Shown here: positions 61,501-64,000 of the stretch, in pieces | Position numbering within the stretch: position 1 is the stretch's first letter | Layout: each line of letters begins with the position of its first letter | NCBI GenBank assembly: GCA_965112155.1 | Contig: OZ218100.1 | Source of the DNA: Podarcis liolepis | Lineage: Eukaryota | Reading direction: 5' to 3' (one strand) | Length of the DNA stretch: 64,000 nucleotides | The notes under the pieces: generated by a model | What the model was told of the DNA's origin: nothing | The model's input: the letters and a program-made list of their open reading frames with translations, nothing else | Database searches by the model: none | Made by a program: the position numbers and the translations under genes

Positions 61501-64000
61501 CTGTGGTCACGCACCTAGCCAGCACTTTACAGAAAGGAGTGCGAGCTTTGCCGCAATGGTCTCCCCTATCCTTTGTGCTCTGGGTGCAGAAGATAATTAG
61601 CAATGCATTAATGAAGAGAGAGGTTTCCTAGCTCTAAACCTCCTCTTAATCTCCTTTATGTGACATGCACACTTTTGGCAGTAATATCCCTGTGTAATGT
61701 GGGATCACTCTGCTGTATTTTGACAAAATGAAACAAAGAGACGATGGTTTCATGTGGGATTTCAGCAGAGGTTTATCACCATACTTTTTTTTAAGTCATG
61801 AAAATATTAGCACAAGTGTGCTTGTGTAGAAAATTACCATATTAGTAGGTGGCTGATTCTGCATGCAACAGTTAATATGTTAAATGAATGCTGCAAGGCT
61901 GGGGAATATAGCTCAAGAAAATATGTCTCTATGAAAGCCTCGTCATATAAAAAGAGATGAGCTCTTTATGGCTTCAATACATTTGCATCTGATTTTGCCA
62001 AGTCAAAGAACCAAGGGGAACATCCATCAGGTTTTTTCTTTTTTCTTTTTGTAGATCAGTAAAAAAAAACCCCAAACAAATCATATTTGTGCCTCTCCTA
62101 CATAGACTTTTAAAATTGTATAAAATATGGGGTTATATTTTTCTGAAGCTTACGGTAGAGAAAGATATTCTTTGTGATAGCGGGATCCACTGTGTGGAGA
62201 GTGCAGAGTTTAGTAAGCTTCCCAACCTGTGGCTTGGCAAGCCAAGAGCAGCTTCCCTACCACATGTTATTGGCAGCCCACGAACCTCTTGTTTCTCTCT
62301 GCCACTCTGGGACTTCAAAATGGTGGCAGCATAATATTGAGCAGTTAGCAGTCCACAATACATGGCTGATGGACTGTACTTGGCTTGATAGATTTCAAGT
62401 TGAGATGTCCTGCTACAATTCCTTCAAAACACAGACTTGCATGGCCTATACTGGCTTTATTTATTTCCTTACCATTTTCTCAAGGAGATGGGACATGGGA
62501 AGGAGTCCCAATTTGCCCATCAGCATCTTCCTCCTCCTTGTACTGTAAGCATGAAAGGAGATCCAGCATCTCACGTGTTTCTGTAATTTTGCTGTGGTTT
62601 GTGTATGGGTATTATAGTTGCAGCATATTATCTGAGATGCAGTAACTGAGCCATCTTTTGCTTAAATGAGCCTTTCCCAAATTGGGGCTGTCCTGGTATA
62701 CAATTCCCATCCTCTTTGACCACTGGGTTAAAGGGTGTAAGGGGAGAAAGGGGTTGCAATTGCTGAATTCCTTCTGTGTCTTGATTGCAAAGGTAACAGT
62801 TTCCAAAGAAGATGCAGGATCTAATAGAGTTAGCTCAGTACATCCAATTCATCTTGGCTCTCTTGCATTGAAGAGTCCCATTTATGAACTACTGTCAGCC
62901 TCCCTGATCAGTTCAGTACTACAAACCAGCTGAATAGTTTCAGTACTATGACATCTTAAGAGGCTGGCGTACAAAAGGGTTCAATAACTTCCATATAAGC
63001 TTTGTGGTCTGATCTCTGTGTCAGACCTGCCCACCCACCCCACAAAGAACTGTCAAAAAAGCATAATGGAGTATATTAAAGGGTAAATATATTATTCTGC
63101 CTCACATTGGCAACCCCCCCCCAAAAAAAACAATCGCAAACAAACAAACCTTGAGAAAATAAGTGGGAAAAGAGTCTGCCCTTAAAGCAAATGCCCCCCA
63201 CTTGCAAAAAAAAAACAAAACACCAAGGCTTGCTTTTAAAACATTTAATTCTAGTTTTGAATGTACCATGGAAACATAATTAATAAGAAGGCAGATAATC
63301 ATATTGTCACTGACTTTCTTGGAGGTGTAGAGGACACAGGGAAGAAAGCAGATTAGAGATGTACTAAAAGCATCACTTCCTTTCTCTCTCTTTCACGCCC
63401 AGGAATGCATATAAAAGTGCATCCTAGGAAAAATAAAACTTATGAAGAAATATTACTAGGTTGGTCTGGATCTCCTCCATAAGACTTACTTTTTGGCAGA
63501 GGATGCCAAAGGTACACTATGTTCCTGAATGTCTAATATCTGAATGTCTACTCTGAATCTTAATGCATGTATTTCACATAACTTTTGCATAATAAAAGCT
63601 AAACAATGGTTTTCTTCATCTGTGGCCCAAGGTGTCCTAAGTGGGGCCATGTGTTGTCAACCATGAAAATGAAAGAACAGTTCAGGCTTTTTCCAAGGCC
63701 ACAGTGACAAGCTCAGATTTCAACTTTGGTGCCTTCTGTGGGATGCATGAGGTGGAGTACAAACCTTAGTAAACTAGAGCCCTACAGATGTTTAGGACTA
63801 TAACTTCCATCAACCCCAGCCACCATGGGATTATGGGAAATGTTGTCCAGAACACATAGAAAGCACCAGGCAAAGGAAAGCTGGGATAGGCATTGAGTTC
63901 TGGAGACATTTATCCTTCAAGACACTACTGATCAGACTGCAGGTGTTTATCTTACACATGATAACAGATCTGAATTAAAATTAAAGTGCTGGTCAAAACA

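Overview
This is vertebrate genomic DNA from a squamate, most likely a lacertid lizard judging by Sauria-type SINEs and BovB/CR1/L2 fragments. It holds the 5' part of GRM1 (metabotropic glutamate receptor 1) on the + strand. A CpG-enriched promoter/non-coding-exon region lies at about 8.4-9.4 kb and carries a clear REST/NRSF RE1 site and an RFX X-box. The first coding exon (CDS 10392-11091, 700 nt) is followed by a 43.8-kb intron, the second coding exon (54865-55114, 250 nt) and the start of the next intron. The remainder is intergenic/intronic DNA rich in SINEs, LINE fragments, hAT/Tc1-mariner/Harbinger MITEs and microsatellites. Nearly all other ORFs in the track are spurious. No prokaryotic systems, CRISPR arrays, rRNA or intact tRNA genes are visible, and I cannot claim a new system with confidence. 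The best leads are regulatory hypotheses: (1) a candidate 60-nt poison cassette exon at 50695-50754 with a perfect branch point, a perfect donor and QKI-type elements on both sides; (2) an RE1 site in the loop of a 13-bp hairpin; (3) a 5'UTR with alternative acceptors, two uORFs and an in-frame N-terminal extension; (4) a pre-miRNA-like hairpin inside a MITE. Repeat family names and human GRM1 comparisons are from memory, not database searches.
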